Positions 14,391 to 27,107 of a stretch of DNA of 64,000 nt are shown piece by piece. Numbering within the stretch: the first letter of the stretch is position 1; each line of letters begins with the position of its first letter. This DNA comes from Octopus sinensis. Taxonomy: Eukaryota. The notes below the pieces were generated by a model. The model worked only from the letters and a program-made list of their open reading frames with translations, ran no database searches and was not told where the DNA came from. Made by a program: the position numbers and the translations under genes. The stretch covers positions 40,176,001-40,240,000 of the forward strand of contig NC_043003.1 in the NCBI RefSeq assembly GCF_006345805.1. The letters are read 5' to 3'.

Positions 14391-14739
14391 GCACAATCAC
14401 AAAACTAGTTTTTTTTTTTTCTGAAGGAAAATAAGTGATTCAGTTGATCCCATTACTTGACAGATATTTATTTTATTGACCCAGAAAACATGGAAAGCAA
14501 AGCTGACCCAAGCAATATTTGAACTGGAAATGTAAAAAGAGGTAACTAAGTCCTCTAGATATTTTGTTTGCATGCATATAAATCTTATCTTTCCCATTGC
14601 CTGGGAAGAGAACAAATAAGAAATTTTCTGATTAAAAATAAAAATTCACTAATCAAAATAAAACTAATGATGTTTTTATATGATAAAGAGAATAATTAAA
14701 TGATAATAATGATTATGTTTGTATGTATATTCCATGTAG

Positions 14740-14895
14740 CTTCAAATTGAACCTGTATCGAAGTACTCCATTGGCTCTAAATACCATGGTTTCATGCATA
14801 CCATTGTCACAATGTCAAAAGAGGAAGGTGTGAAGGCATTATGGAAGGGCCACTTACCTGCTCAGTTTCTGACTGTCTTTTATGGGATGGTGCAA
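14740..14895 (+). CDS. slc25a19: mitochondrial thiamine pyrophosphate carrier, coding exon 2
   Basis: LQIEPVSKYSIGSKYHGFMHTIVTMSKEEGVKALWKGHLPAQFLTVFYGMVQ: the EEG..ALWKGH.PAQ motif of SLC25A19; AG/GT boundaries, phase 0. Confidence 0.95.
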
Positions 14896-15217
14896 GTAAG
14901 TATCATATTGCATTATCATCACCATCATTGCCATTGTTTTCATAATAATCCGTTTTGTGGTGATCCTTTTATCACCACTGCCACTCATTAATCATGTTCA
15001 TTATCCTTCTCATTACACTGTGTAACAATTTTTTTCTTTTTGTCTTTAGTCAGTAAGTGTTATTTTGCATTTGCTTTTATCTAGAAATCAAAGGAAATGA
15101 CTACTATTCCCTTCAAACTTTGCTTTTGCAACCTGGACTTCAGTATTTTGAAACTGACCTATTTTCCATTACATTTCCGACATTCAGCGTTGATTTGCTG
15201 AAGTAGAAATATATCAT

Positions 15218-15253
<36 letters not shown>

Positions 15254-15259
15254 TATTTT

Positions 15260-15447
15260 TATATGCCTTGGCCTATTCTCCATGTTTTTAGGAGTGGGTA
15301 GCCACAACAAGACACACCAAGCATTCCATTCATTTCCCAGCTCACCTCTTTGAACTGGGAAATGAATAGAATTCCCGGTGTGTGTCTTGTTGTGGCTACC
15401 CACTCTTAAAAACAATGGGTAGTAGGTCTGGGTATATATATAAATCT
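15260..15447. mobile_element. palindromic MITE-like hairpin
   Basis: TGTTTTTAGGAGTGGGTAGCCACAACAAGACACACC (15283-15318) pairs with 15377-15413; inner stem 15322-15340 with 15355-15373; 14-nt loop; TA-rich ends. Confidence 0.7.
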
Positions 15448-15499
15448 GCTAAACACCACAGGTTTGCTTGTCAGCTGCTTGACCTTAACCATTTGAGCA

Positions 15500-16350
15500 T
15501 GTCCCTTAGTGGCTGATATGTGCTTCTCTGATCATGAGCAGGAGCAGTAGAGCAGTTCTTCAAAAACTGTTCATGAGACCTTTAGCTTTCCTTTCTTTGC
15601 TCATATCAGCAGATATGCCGTTGCATATAATGGCATTTCCTTTTTAAATCTTCATACAGCTGTGCGAGGCCAGGTTTTTCCTTTTCCTCAGCACATTTCC
15701 ATTGATTTCTTAGGCTGTTCTTTTCTCTCCTCAACTGTTTCATTTTCCTGATCCTCTTGCTTGGACCACTCTTTCCTTTTGCTAATTGGATACCATATTT
15801 TACTCCAAATAATTCCTTTCCTGTATCGTATATTGAGCTTAACTTTTACCTTGTTCTCAAACTCTTTATATCTTCCCTTCTCATTGGCAGCAGACTGCAA
15901 AACCCTTGGTTTCCTCTGAGTACTATCTGATGCACCAGTCTCATAACCTGCAGTTTCCTGTCGGGAAGAGGTCTTTGCTGTAGCATTTATCAATCCGCTG
16001 TGGTTTGAGTCCAGGGATGATTTGCCATGTGTCTTATGATCAGATGATCCACACTGCTCTGTCCTATTCTTACAAGTCTTTCCCTGATGAATCTTTAAGT
16101 CTCTTTCAGTTGCAAAGGTCCTACAGCACAGCTTACATCCAAAGTTGTTTACACTTCATTCACTGTTCAAAGGAATAGCTGTATTCATGTCCAAGGTCAT
16201 TTCCGTACTAACCAGGTTTGATTGATTCTCGACTACTCCCTCTCAGTCAATCATGGGGCTGTCATTCTCTTCAGCCTCTGCCAGTCTTTCCTGGTGTCAA
16301 TAGTCTTTCCCATGGTCAGCTCATCTTTCCAAGCAATCCTCTTGCCTTTC
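15500..16350 (-). mobile_element. RLE-type (NeSL/HERO-like) non-LTR retrotransposon 5' remnant
   Basis: The minus strand encodes a zinc-finger-like CKLCCRTFATERDLKIHQGKTC followed by RKPRVL... and a basic helical region, as in the N-termini of R2/NeSL/HERO ORFs; disrupted. Confidence 0.5.
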
Positions 16351-17516
16351 CAAGATTCCTAACCATCTTTCCAGTATGTCAGTAGTTTCCTACCACAAGG
16401 TCTTTAACGTTTTGCAAACAACTTGCACCTTCATGTGCTACCAGTTGAAAGTTCTGCATGCTAGAAGCCTGCAAGTGTATGGGATCATCAGGAGAGAATG
16501 CACGCTGTTTCAGGGCCTACCTTTCGATGACATCATTGAACACCGCACCCCCCCATCCACCCTGACATAAGGTCCTGCTTGTCTTATGAAAGACATTGTT
16601 TCTTACAGAACTTATTTTCTCATTCCTCCTCCTCCTCCTTCTTCTGCTGGTGATGGTGATGATTCTTTCTACTAAAGGCACAAGACCTGAAATTTTGGGG
16701 GAGGGGACCAATCAATTTCATTAACCCCACACTCAAGTCAAACCGTCATGGAAAACAGCTGTTAAATGATGATGAAAAGCTCCCAAAACTTAGTTGTTAA
16801 TTGTCTTTTATTGTTTACTTGTTTCAGTCATTGAACTGTGCCCATGCTGGAGCCTTACCTTCAAGAGTTTAGTGAAACAAATCAACTCAGTAATTACTTT
16901 AAAGTCTGGTGCTTATTCTGTTGTTCTCTTTTGTGAAACTGCTAAGTTATGGGTCATAAATGAACCAGCACTGGTTGTCAAGCTGTGGTGGGAGGCAAAC
17001 ACACACACAGATATATATATATATATAAAATTGAATAAGGGTAGAAATTGATATTAATCAATTAAAACCAGTGGCCTAGCATATTAAAGGAATCCGAAGA
17101 TTAGAATTTTTTTACATTCAAAATTTAAAGGACTGACCACTAAAAGTGGACGGTCAATATGCTAGATATAGACATCAAAATCGCTATTTTCCACAAAGAA
17201 TGTGTTCTCAAATAAAAACTCAGCACAAACCAAAGCGTAAAAAATAAGCAAGACAAATGAAAATATACGAAATAATAACGATTACCTATGTACCGATCAC
17301 TTTCGCTTGTTAATATCCATGTATATGGATACGTGGAAATCTGCAAGCTCATCAGCATAGTCTGTCGTATACAAACATAATTTCCTGGACTAGATACAAA
17401 AATGCTTGACCGGAGTCCCGCATGCATAGAGCCCAACAAATTATATTTATGTGTATCCTTCAAATGCCTTCACTTTGGCGCGCTGAGATCGGAATCAGTC
17501 CTTTAAATTTTATATA

Positions 17517-17901
17517 TCTCTCTCTATATAAACGGCAGTTTGTCTGTGTGTGTTTCCGTGTGTCTGTTTGGTTGTACCCTCACCCTGACCACGGCTTTCA
17601 ACCGATTCTGATGAAACTTGACACACACATAGCCCAATGTCATAATTCAAAATTAACGCAGCGAAAATTTTGAAAAGTTCCCCCAGTTCTGAAAAAAATC
17701 GATAAATTCGACATGGGGTCGAGAATCAGAAACACAAACCACAGACTGTCTAGGGGACGCAACTCGACCTTTTTTAACTCTCAAAAAAAATTTACCATCA
17801 TTTTTTTCCCATTTTTTTGCTATTTTTTGGCTATAACTCTCTAAAAATGCTTTATAGTTATTTCACTTACAAACCCGAGCAACGCCGGGCGATACTGCTA
17901 G
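17517..17901 (+). mobile_element. non-autonomous Helitron
   Basis: A|TC 5' end, subterminal hairpin CCCGAGCAACGCCGGG, CTAG|T 3' end. Confidence 0.8.
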
Positions 17902-18138
17902 TATATATATAAATATGCACACATGTATATCTATGGGCTTCTTTCAGTTTCTGCTTACCAAATCCTCTCACAAGGCTTTAGTTGACACTGGGCATTCATA
18001 GAAGTCACTTGCTCAAGCTGCCATACAGTAGGACTGAACCCAAGACTACATGGTTGGGAAGTAAGCTTCTCAACCTCACAGTCACACCTGCACCTGTCTA
18101 TTGTATATATTACATTGTGATTTTGCTTTTTTTTCCAG

Positions 18139-18318
18139 TTTTCTTCATATGAATTCTTTTCTAAATTAACCTATCATTGCGTCCCAAGTGAGTTCTTTTC
18201 TAAGAACAAGCCATTGATCAGTTTGGTTTGTGGTTCAATGTCAGGGGCTGTGTCCACCGTAGTTGTCCAACCCATCGATCTATTGAGGACAAGGTTTGTG
18301 GCACAAGGTGAACCAAAG
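18139..18318 (+). CDS. slc25a19: mitochondrial thiamine pyrophosphate carrier, coding exon 3
   Basis: FSSYE...CGSMSGAVSTVVVQPIDLLRTRFVAQGEPK: second carrier repeat (P-x-D-x-x-R-T-R...QGEPK); polypyrimidine-CAG acceptor and GTAAGT donor. Confidence 0.95.
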
Positions 18319-19034
18319 GTAAGTCACTACTCTTTTCTTTCTTTTTATCATATGAAAGATTACAATAGTGTGTGTGTATGCATATGCACGTGTGTGCACA
18401 TGCATTATTATGGTATTTTTTCTTTTGTTTTGGCTGTTTTCTTTGTGGTGACATTTCTTATTTGGGGTTTCTATTTTCTTTGATGGAACCTAGGACCACA
18501 TTTCGCTCATGTTCCATGTTTGATTTGGCTTCTATGGCTGGATGCCTTCCTTTCCTAACACTGACCACTATACAGAATGTGCTCAGTGCATTTTATCATG
18601 GCATGATTACCAGAGAGGTTGTCATGTTTTTGACAAAAGAAAAGGATCCTCCTGACTCTGTACTTCACAGAATGTATTTGGTGCATTTTATTATGGCACC
18701 AGCACTAAGCATTGACATGTCTTCAACAAGACACATGTGTATGTGTGTGTGTTAGCTATGCACACTGATGTTTCCTCAAAGCTGTGTGCACACAGGCTAC
18801 AACTTGTGTACAGGACAAAATGAGAACACGGTTAATACCATTTGTCTTAAATATCATGATTGTCTGGTTAATTACATAAATACTTAGTTTAATGAATTTA
18901 ATGAATTGTCAGAAAAATTTAGATTTAAAATCATTTCAAATTTCACATCATTTGTGTGAAATGGTGGATTTTTGCTCTTCAGAATGAGTCTTATTATTTT
19001 TGGAAAATCAAAATTAAAAGGCATTTTAAATGGG

Positions 19035-19368
19035 GAGACCCCCTTCGGTCATGAATGACCATGGGATTGAACCTAGAAAGTTACCCTCTGAGGTACAAGT
19101 CCAAGCAAGATTGTTTATGGAAGGCCAGCAGTCGCCCATGCATACCAGCCTCCCCTCTCCACACCACTGATGTTATCCAAGGGAAAGGCAAAGGTCAATA
19201 CAGCTTGGCACCAGTGATGTCGCAACTGATTTCTACAGCTGAGTGAACTGGAGCAACATGAAATAAAGTGTCTTGCTCAAGAACACAACACGTATCCCGG
19301 TCAGGGAATCAAACTCACAACCTCACGATTGTAAGCTCAACGCTCTAACCACTGAGCCTTGCACCTTC
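19035..19368 (-). mobile_element. tRNA-derived SINE family E
   Basis: Reverse complement of the element at 32774-33110 (GAAGGCGCATGGCTCAGTGGTTAGAGC head, TTGAGCAAGACACTTTATTTCA core). Confidence 0.8.
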
Positions 19369-19782
19369 AGGCATTTTAAATACATGATAAAATATTAAGT
19401 AATACACCCTTAAAACTGTTGTTTTATTTACCTTGGTGTTGGTATGGCATTTGAGTAATGGTTATTCACATAATTGTGTCTGTGTTTTGCAAAGAGAGAT
19501 AAGAATTTGCATTCAAATAAATTTCTGTGCAGACATTCAGAAAAAAAAAAAAAAATAAGAGAGGACATTGTTTGTCACTCTTTGCTACTTTTAAGTGCAT
19601 GCTAACATTGCTGACATCACCACGATTGTCGTTGTCATTGTGGTTGTCACCATCGACATTGTTGCCATCACCACCATTGCCTTTGTCATTGCTACTTTCG
19701 TCATCATCATCGCCACCATCATCATCACCGTCACCATTCTTATCACTGCCGTCATTAATTAATTTCTTTTCCAAACTTTCAG

Positions 19783-19972
19783 GTATATAAATCAATCTTC
19801 TCAGCAGCGGCCAGAATTGTTCAACAAGAAGGCATCTTAGGCTTTTGGTGTGGCATTGGTCCTTCACTTGTCCTTGTCACACCTCAGACAGGTCTCACCT
19901 TTGGATTCCATACAATTTTTACATCAATTTTAAGGAATGATATGAAAAATCATTCTACATTTAGTATTGAAA
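19783..19972 (+). CDS. slc25a19: mitochondrial thiamine pyrophosphate carrier, coding exon 4
   Basis: VYKSIFSAAARIVQQEGILGFWCGIGPSLVLVTPQTGLTFGFHTIFTSILRNDMKNHSTFSIE plus 1 nt; TTTCAG acceptor, A|GTGAGT donor (phase 1). Confidence 0.92.
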
Positions 19973-20099
19973 GTGAGTATTTACACTTCTTGTTGTTGCA
20001 AGAATGTCAGTATGGTTTAGAAGTTTGTTCACAATTAATTTTATGCTCCTTGGTTCTATTTTACTGAAATGCACCTGTCTTGGGAAAGTATAACCTAGT

Positions 20100-21010
20100 T
20101 TAGTTTCATGTGATGCGGATGGATGCTGACAACGCCATAAAAAAGCGCTGATCTCTCAAAGTGGATGGAACACATGGAAGTGGGGGAGACTCAGGAAGAC
20201 GTGGGATGAAGTACTGAAGAATGACCTCAGGTCGCTGAACCTTTCAGGCGAGATGACAATAGACTTGGATGCCTGGCATCATGCTGTACTCAAGAAGATC
20301 CATACTTTGCAGCTGAAGTGTTAAGACCAGTCTTTCTGGTGGTGTCAAGCACTCATGACAGTGCCATGTAAAAGCATCCATGTGGTGCCATGTAAAAGCA
20401 CACATGTGGTGCCACATGAAAGTGTCCATTCAGTGCCCATCCAGTGCCCTTCTGGTGCCACACGAAAGTGCCCATCCGGTGTCACGAAAGTTCCCATCTG
20501 GTGCCACACAAAAGTGCCCATCCGATGTCACATGAAAGTGCCCATCCAGTGCCACACGAAAGTGCCCATCTGGTGTCACACGAAAGTGCCCATCTGGTGT
20601 CACACAAAAGTGCCCATCAGGTGCCACACAAAAGTGCCCATCCGATGCCACATGAAAGTGCCCATCCGGTGCCACATGAAAGTGCCCATCTGGTGTCACA
20701 CAAAAGTGCCCATCTGGTGCCACATGAAAGTGCCCATCTGGTATCACACAAAAGTGCCCATCCAGTGCCACACAAAAGTGCCCATCCGGTGCCACATGAA
20801 AGTGCCCGTCTGGTGCCACATGAAAGTGCCCATACAGTGTAACATAAATGCCAACACACTGTAAAGTGGTTGGCATTAGAAAAGGCATTCAACTATAGAA
20901 ACCGTGCCAAATCAGACTGGAGTCTGGTGCAGCTCCCCAGCTTGCCAGCTCTGTCCAAACCATCCAACCCATGCCAGAATGGACAACGGATGTTAAGTGA
21001 TGATGATGAT
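20100..21010 (+). mobile_element. RTE LINE 3' end with expanded minisatellite in its tail
   Basis: HVMRMD...KTWDEVLKNDLRSLNLSGEMTIDLDAWHHAVLKK followed by the RTE-type tail ending in (GAT)n. Confidence 0.75.
20358..20835. repeat. 24-bp minisatellite, about 20 copies
   Basis: Unit approximately GGTGCCACAYGAAAGTGCCCATCY, directly visible; yields (TKVPIWCH)n pseudo-ORFs. Confidence 0.95.
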
Positions 21011-21698
21011 GTTCATCCAGGCTGTAGGAATGAAATTGAGAAGAGGAAATTATGTAGAAGAAGCTTGTTTCTTAGTTTAAGATTGTCACCTGATTCATCA
21101 TAACCCCTTTTACTGTGGAAATCAAATATGTCCACTCAAAGTTTCATTACCCTTAACTGCAGAAAGCAGTTTTGTTTACTCCCACTGCTGAAGAGGTCTG
21201 CAAGAGTCCTGTGCTGGTGCCACCTGAAAAGCTCTCATACTGGTGTCACATAAAAGCATGTCTGCTGGTGCCATGTTAAAAGCACTCAGCACACACTGTA
21301 AAGTGGTTGGCATTAAGGAAGGGCATACAGCTGTAGAAACCTACATTATAATTCAATACAGATAAGATAAGAATACAATAATAAAAATCATAATATAAAT
21401 TATTGAAATCATTAAAATCACTCCTTACGGCTGTTTCAGCCTATGGATAAAAGTAGTTTTTTTTTTTCAGTGCCTATAGTTGTCAGTTATATTGAGGTTG
21501 TAGGCATTTAAAAACAGGATACTTATATATAACCATAGGCCTTGTCAGAGATTATAAAGAACTTTAAAAATATTAATGCATGAAACAGATTACACGTACA
21601 ATTTAATATATATTAAAATATGAACAAATATCCATATACACTCACACATATACATATATACATACATAAGCAGAGTATATATACTTTTACATATTCTA

Positions 21699-22094
21699 CT
21701 CTTTTACTCTTTTACTTGTTTCAGTCATTTGACTGCGGCCATGCTGGAGCACCGCCTTTAGTCGAGCAAATCGACCCCGGGACTTATTCTTTGTAAGCCC
21801 AGTACTTATTCTATCGGTCTCTTTTGCCAAACCGCTAAGTGACGGGGACATAAACACACCAGCATCGGTTGTCAGGTAATGCTAGGGGGACAAACACACA
21901 CACACACATATATATATATATACATATATACGACAGGCTTCTTTCAGTTTCCATCTACCAAATCCACTCACAAGGCATTGGTCGGCCCGGGGCTATAGCA
22001 GAAGACACCTTGCCCAAGATGCCACACATGGGGACTGAACCCGGAACCATGTGGTTGGTTAGCAAGCTACTTACCACACAGCCACTCCTGCGCC
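21699..22094 (-). mobile_element. SINE family A, full length, in intron 4
   Basis: Reverse complement of the family A consensus from head to (AAAAGAG)n tail. Confidence 0.88.
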
Positions 22095-22388
22095 TATACA
22101 TGTGTATAAATACATAAATAAACAAGCAAATAGACCATTCGTCATATACATATATACTGGAAAATATACATATGTCTATGCTCATGACTACATAAACAAT
22201 TATTACTAATATTATTATTATTGTTATATTTATCAATAATAACAATATTATTAGATTTAGAGTAATCGTCACTTCACAATACATATTATAATAGATTCCA
22301 ATATATCATATATTACGATACAATATAAACAATTTTTTACGGTAGATTTAATTTTATAAATTTTAAATCCACAATCCATACAAACATA

Positions 22389-22429
<41 letters not shown>

Positions 22430-22967
22430 ACACAAAAACGTACAGTTAGACCATGGCTTTTAGAATATAGTTCTTCTTCATACATACAAGTCCATGCGTA
22501 TGGGTAAGCTGTAAGGAGTGATTTTAATGATTTCAATAATTTATATTATGATTTTTATAATTGTATTCTTATCTTATATGTATTGAATTGTAATGTATAT
22601 ATGTATCCTATTAAGGTTCTCAATTTTGTTAAATGAATAAATAAGTCAACATTCTAATATCCGAAAGCTGATGAACCAACTAAATTGATTCTCCATTTTC
22701 TTATTTGTATTATAAATTAATGGTAAAATATTTATTTATCTTCACCCATTTAATACAGTAAATAAGTTAATTGCATTGCAATTAAAAAAATTTGTGTATT
22801 AAGAATTTGGGTATTATACCAACAGTATATTGGATAAGTATTATCCCTTAGTGGGTTGGATCCATAACCCCTAACTTACTTAGTGTTTTATATATATATA
22901 TATATATATATATTCAGAACAATTAACGTGTATATATTTTGAGAAGAGTTAAATTTTGTAATTTCAG

Positions 22968-23269
22968 ATCAAATTAAAACTTTCATAAGTGGACTCAGCA
23001 GTGGGATGTCTGCCAAACTAATTGTCTATCCTTTTGATGTTGTGAAGAAACGTCTGCAAGTACAGGACTTTAAGGAGGCTCGGTCGAAATTTGGTAAAGT
23101 ACGTTCCTATAATGGCATGGTCAGCTGTCTCCAGGGGATTTTCCTTGAAGAAGGAATCCGGGGTTTGTACAAAGGATTATTCCCAACTATGTTGAAGGCA
23201 GGGTCTGTGAGTGGTGTTACATTTATGATCTATGAAATGACTTGTGGTTTCCTCTCAAAATGGAGGTGA
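22968..23269 (+). CDS. slc25a19: mitochondrial thiamine pyrophosphate carrier, last coding exon
   Basis: The phase-1 join gives NQIKTFISGLSSGMSAKLIVYPFDVVKKRLQVQDF...EEGIRGLYKGLFPTMLKAG...W-R-stop. The spliced product is 318 aa with three carrier repeats. Confidence 0.95.
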
Positions 23270-23324
23270 CGATAGTAATGGTTAGAAATTCAATATATAT
23301 TATATATGATAAATATGTTTGTAT

Positions 23325-23735
23325 GCAGGTGTGGCTGTGTGGTAAGAAGTTTGCTTCCCAACTACTTGGTTTCAGGTTCAGTTCCACTGTATGGTACTTT
23401 GGGCAAGTCTCCTCTGCTATAGTCCCAGGCTGACCAAAGTCTTGAGAGTGGATTTGGCAGACAGAAACTGAAAAAAGCCCATTGTTTACATGTGTATATG
23501 TCTGCGTCTCATTGCCTTCACAATAATTGTAAATGAGTGTCGCCATAATGCAAACGGTATTGGTCATTTCTAGTATTCTGAGAAAATGTCTAATTGTGGG
23601 GGAAATGACTACCTTACTTGGAAACAGGTAAGGGCTGGTGATCGGAAAGGGCACCTGGTTGTAGAAGATCTACCTCAACAAATCTTGTCTGACTCATGTG
23701 AGCATGGAAAAGTGAACATTAAAACAATAATGATA
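23325..23735 (+). mobile_element. SINE with family A head and RTE-like tail, starting ~55 bp after the slc25a19 stop
   Basis: GCAGGTGTGGCTGTGTGGTAAG head; tail ends ...CATGGAAAAGTGAACATTAAAAC(AAT/GAT)n. Confidence 0.75.
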
Positions 23736-26700
23736 TAAGAAGACATCATCATCATCATTGTTCGACTGTGGTCGAGACAATGGAATTTACCATGCTACGC
23801 CAGACTTCACGGTCCATCATGGCATTACGGAGGTCCTGTTGCTAGATGCCTGTATCCCTGGAGATTACATCAGGGTAGGAGAGTGTGCACCCTCTGTTAT
23901 TGCGAGTAGATGGCTTCCAGAGGAGAAGAGTAGAAATTACTTATTTTTCAGCTCTACAACAATGTCCAGCAAACTGGACTCTCCTACCTTTCACAAGAGA
24001 TGACACAGGTGGTAGTTTCCCATATATTTGCATTTTGGTTGGATGGCACTTCCATGAGAGATTTTGAGCTCTCATAAGGAGGCGAGTGTAGGTTCCATCC
24101 AACCGCCTCTCAAGCTTCTTTGATAACGTCCAGGTTTATAAGAAGACAGAAGACATGGAGGGAAATTATAAAGGTTCATCTCAGGATGCTGAAATGAAAG
24201 AACCCCCCTCCCCCATGGCAAATCACACACTAGCACAAGAAACAGGTGTAAAAATGCAGCTAACGATGTTATATATGAATATAATACACACGTGTATGTA
24301 CTCCTTGCTGGAGACAATCAGTTCATAGCAAAATGGTGTGATTTATAGAATAAACAATTTCTGTGAAGAAGTTATGGTATCAATACATATGATCCTTCTC
24401 CTTGAGTCCAACAAAATATGTATATATTTTTCTCCTAGTCTACAATCATCTGTCTGTTTGTCTGTCTGTCTACACAAACACACATACACACACATGTTGT
24501 TTGTGTGTGTGGAGGGATCATTGACGTCATCTTCGTTTTTACGACCTGTTTTCCATGCTTGCACGAGTAAAACAATTCGTTGTAGCAAATTTTCTATGGC
24601 TGGATGCTCTTCCTGTAGTCCAGCCTTGTTTCCAAGCAACGTAATATCTAGCCAAGACGAGACATATTTTCGTGGCAGATCGGAAACGAATTATATCGTT
24701 TGTATAACAGCCATACTTGTTTATAACTGTTGGTCTATGTTAAATTGACGAGGCACCTAACATAAATGCACAACGCACACAGATGGATTTCTTTCAGTAT
24801 CCGTCTCCCGAATCGACTCACAAATTTCATGGGGTTAAGGTAACAGAAGACATTTGCCCAAAGTGCAGGGACTGGGCAGAAACTACGCAATTGGGAAGCA
24901 CATGGTGTGTACGCGATGGGTAATGTAAATATTATCTATTGAAGGGAAGTAACTCTTTTCTATGAGTTACTCCCCTTACATCATTCATTACACGAATTTT
25001 TTTTTTTTACATAAAGTACTTGCCACAGTTTCACTTAACCCCTCGAAGGCATTGCATTACCATGGTAACGAATGGCCGAAACTGTCTTTAAAAAAAAAAA
25101 AAAAAAAAATTTCGTATTTATTTATTACAGAAACGTCAAACATCTCAGGGAATGCTGGGAGGATGAAATACTTGCTTAATAATAAATTTATTGCTTTTGT
25201 TTATATTTTTATTCTTTTACATTAACTGTTTATAATTTACATGTATACTTGATAAAAGACGGAATGGTCATGGCTGGAATGCTTTTACTAAGAAGTCTTC
25301 TCATTCAGGATTGACTTGATTTTTAGAAAAACAACATTGACACAAAATATTTAGGGGTTACCTGCTACCCCATTACGAGTTATAGATTGTTTTTCCTATT
25401 TTAGTATTGGTACAGTGACTGAGTAGAATAGATAGAACATTTATTCATAGATTCTTCATCATCGTCATCGTTTAACGTCTGCCTTCCATGCTGGCATGGG
25501 TTGGATGGTTAGAGAGGAGCTGACTGGTAGAAAACAGCAACAGACTTCTGTGTCTGTTTTGGCATGGTTTTTATGGCTGGATGCCCTTCCTGACGCCAAC
25601 CATCCTGCTGAGTGGACTGAGTGCTTTTTATATAGCACCATCACAGATGAGGTCAGTTTTGGCATGGTTTTTTAAAGCTGGATGCCCTTCCAAACTCCAA
25701 CCACTTTACAGTGTGGACTAGATGCTTATCACATGGTACCAGCACTGCCAGGGTCACCAAGTGGCTTATTGTGTGTTCAAATTCAGTGCAGGTGTGCTTT
25801 TGTGTCTTCTGGGGTGAAACACTTTGTTGTAGATCCCTTAGTTTACTGACAATATGCATTGGATCATCTGGGGATGTTGTCTGTAATAGACTGGTGTCTT
25901 ATCCAGGAGGGAGATGTATTTCTTACTTGCTCAATACCCTGAAACCAGAACTCTGCATAGGTCTTGAACAGCTTTTCAAGAATTTACATATCTCGTTTTT
26001 CTAAAGTTTAGCTTTTAAGCATGTAGAACCAAGCTGTTTAAGTCTATCACCAAAATCCCTCTGGTTTTGTGTTGTTCAACTTTTTATCAATGAAGTTTCT
26101 ACTATACATCAGTAGTTATTCTTTTCAGTCATTCGGGTGTGGCCATGCTGGGACACTGCCTTACATTTTTAGCTGAATGAATTGACCCCAGTGCTTTTAA
26201 AAAAAATTTTAAGCCTGGTACTTATAATATTGGCTTTTTTTACTGAGCTGCTAAGTTATGGGGATGTAAATACATCAAAACTGGTAGTCAAGCAGTGGTG
26301 GGACACACCCCGCAACACGACAGGTTTCATTCAGTTTCTGTTTACCAAATCCATTCACAAGGCTTTGGTTGACCCGAGGCTATAGTAGAAGACACTTGCC
26401 CAAGGTGTCACACAATGGGACTGAACCTGAAACCATGTGGTTGGAAAGCAAGCTTCTTACCACATTACATCATGGACCAGTTTCATGCAATAAAATTTCT
26501 CCATGGACTGGGGGATCACATGCATAACAAAATACAAAGTGCATCATCATTAATTAATGTCTGTTTTCCATGCTAGATTGGGTTGCATGGATTGACAGGA
26601 ACTGGCAAAGCCAGGGGCCACACCAGGTTCCATAGTTTGTTTTGTTTTGGATTCTACAGCTATATGCCCTTCCTAATGCCAAACACTTAACTGAGTGTAC

Positions 26701-26810
26701 TAGGTGCTTTCTATGTGGCGCCATGATTTAATTATTACCTATATGATGCAAATGTAATTATTGCATTGTATAGTATATACTTTATTTCCAGCATTATTAC
26801 ATTGTGATAT

Positions 26811-27107
26811 CACGTGATCACGTGACCGACCAGACCATCAGATGTTGTTACACATCGCTGGTCACAATGTGTTCGCATTGTTTTAGCCTTCGAATGACGC
26901 CACCCCGCTGGCTAAGCGAGCAGGCCAACAGAAGAAAGAGTGGTGGAAGAGTACAGCAGGGATCACCACCCCCTGTCGGAGCCTCGTGGAGCTTTTTTTT
27001 AGATGTTTTCGCTCAATAAACACTCACAAAGCCTGGTCTGGGAATCGAAACCGCGATCCTGCGACCGCGAGTCCGCTGCCCTAACCACTAGGCCATTGCG
27101 TCTCCAC
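26811..27107 (-). mobile_element. tRNA-derived SINE family D with 12-bp TSD
   Basis: ACATTGTGATAT at 26799-26810 and 27108-27119; tRNA-like head on the minus strand. Confidence 0.88.

Noticed and set aside
20355-20892. Cys/His-rich repeat proteins in the ORF track
   Set aside because: They arise from a stop-free 24-bp minisatellite in an intron, are open on both strands, and have no supported splice or start context.
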